Part shown: positions 13,426 through 14,330 of the stretch, one piece after another
Position numbering within the stretch: position 1 is the stretch's first letter
Layout: every line of letters begins with the position of its first letter
IMG/VR virus record: IMGVR_UViG_3300009169_000014
Span: 172,741 to 187,070 of that record
DNA from: a virus
Lineage: Duplodnaviria > Heunggongvirae > Uroviricota > Caudoviricetes
Strand: one strand, 5' to 3'
Length of the DNA stretch: 14,330 bases
The notes under the pieces: model-generated
The model's input: the letters and a program-made list of their open reading frames with translations, nothing else
Told to the model about the DNA's origin: nothing
Databases searched by the model: none
Made by a program: the position numbers and the translations under genes

Positions 13426-14280
13426 ATGGTGGCCTATTCCGTCGATGAGGTGACAGAGTTCGTTCAGCAGTTCTTTCTCGACGATGACAAGGCCTCGATC
13501 CATGCGTGTGTCCGGGATGCCCTCGACTTGGGTATCCCGGTCACACCGGAGCAGGTCTCTGGGATTCGTCGAACGATGCGGCAGAAGGGCGTGACCAAGC
13601 TGTCGCTCGTTACCGCCGGTCCTGCCGCAGACAAGCCTCCCGTGGGGATGAAGGTTGGATCCGTTTCCGGGTATGCCCGGAATCCACCCCAGCCTCCTCA
13701 GTGGTTCATCGATAAGCAGAAACGGGAGGACGAGCTTTTCCTGCGTCTGCAAGCCGAGCCGGACGAGCCGGATGAGCTCCCCGTCGAAAAGAAGGTGAAG
13801 AAGGCAGCCACCGACGCAATGCTCGAGCGTCGGCGGTACTTCGAATCCGTTCTACTGGAGGACCCGCTACAGACGGTGGTGGAGGCGATGACCAAGGTGA
13901 AGGTGAAGTTCGGAACCAGTGTGGATCCAGGCTTCGCTGTACGCACCTTGAACCTGGTGAGGGAACTCGCCCAAGTCACAAAGGAGATGGTCGTGAAGAA
14001 ACGCGAGAACAAACCCCTCACCCACCGGATCAGTCTCCCGGACGTCAAAGTGAACCCGCCGCCAGCGACGGTCGTGCCACGTCCGCTGTCGAAGGAGCCG
14101 CCGAGACCGGTGGAAGACGAGCTGGTAGCCCTCATCTACGGGGCAACCAGGCGAATCATCACGAAGGAGGAGCTTGGGGAGGAGGTCCAGAAGCTCACCC
14201 AGAGCGGGGTCACCGGCATCCGGGTCTACGCCCTCAAGGAAATGAAGATGACGACCAAAGTCGTCATCTCCTTCGAGTAA
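13426..14280 (+). CDS. Hypothetical protein with possible tandem helical DNA-binding domains, 284 aa
   Basis: The ATG lies 1 nt after the upstream TAA, third positions are GC-biased, Pro-rich linkers separate folded segments, and hairpin H3 follows. Confidence 0.8.
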   Translation: MVAYSVDEVTEFVQQFFLDDDKASIHACVRDALDLGIPVTPEQVSGIRRTMRQKGVTKLSLVTAGPAADKPPVGMKVGSVSGYARNPPQPPQWFIDKQKREDELFLRLQAEPDEPDELPVEKKVKKAATDAMLERRRYFESVLLEDPLQTVVEAMTKVKVKFGTSVDPGFAVRTLNLVRELAQVTKEMVVKKRENKPLTHRISLPDVKVNPPPATVVPRPLSKEPPRPVEDELVALIYGATRRIITKEELGEEVQKLTQSGVTGIRVYALKEMKMTTKVVISFE

Positions 14281-14287
14281 TTCGACT

Positions 14288-14317
14288 CCCGGGGGCCCTC
14301 GAAAGGGGGTCCCTGGG
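14288..14317 (+). repeat. Conserved GC-rich hairpin H3 (CCCGGGGGCCCTC-GAAA-GGGGGTCCCTGGG)
   Basis: It is a 13-bp stem with a GAAA tetraloop and G-U wobble pairs only, starts 8 nt after a TAA, and is nearly identical to H1. Confidence 0.8.
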
Positions 14318-14330
14318 GAGGAGTAGCCGC

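Noticed and set aside
12696-14135. Minus-strand ORFs 12696-13418, 13399-13752 and 13698-14135
   Set aside because: They are antisense shadows of the coupled plus-strand genes.
10927-14317. Hairpin and promoter repeats as a CRISPR array or IS ends
   Set aside because: Spacing is irregular, with whole genes between copies, there are no constant-length spacers, and no cas or transposase genes or target-site duplications were seen.
1-14330. Alternative genetic code (stop-codon recoding) as seen in some large phages
   Set aside because: Genes read intact under the standard bacterial code, and TAA, TGA and TAG all terminate well-bounded genes.
1-14330. tRNA or rRNA genes
   Set aside because: No cloverleaf with recognisable D/T-loop consensus and no rRNA-like stretch was noticed by eye; the intergenic gaps are short. 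A tRNAscan-SE run would confirm this.

Overview
This GC-rich window looks like part of a large tailed dsDNA phage genome; no host housekeeping genes, rRNA, tRNA, CRISPR array or transposase were seen. The left half (<1-9115, minus strand) is a virion/lysis block. It runs from an M15-family peptidase endolysin, through an HNH C-terminal remnant, a 158-aa protein, a LamG/FN3-like 593-aa protein and a 198-aa tail-collar/baseplate-like protein, to a giant (>=1848 aa) modular virion protein. That giant ORF is missing from the supplied ORF track because it has no stop codon inside the window. The right half (9134-14330) is an accessory or early-type region of small genes: several Cys/His zinc-finger miniproteins, a 2H phosphoesterase, a SAM-dependent methyltransferase-like protein with a C-terminal HTH, and two putative DNA-binding proteins. 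Its most striking non-coding feature is a repeated intergenic cassette: a GC-rich hairpin with a shared GGGGTCCCTG arm, a TGATCA palindrome and a T-tract-GGGTATnAGA promoter-like motif. These divide the region into one- to three-gene units, reminiscent of PeSL elements of T4-like phages. All protein family calls come from motifs read by eye, and counts were done by hand; no database search was possible.
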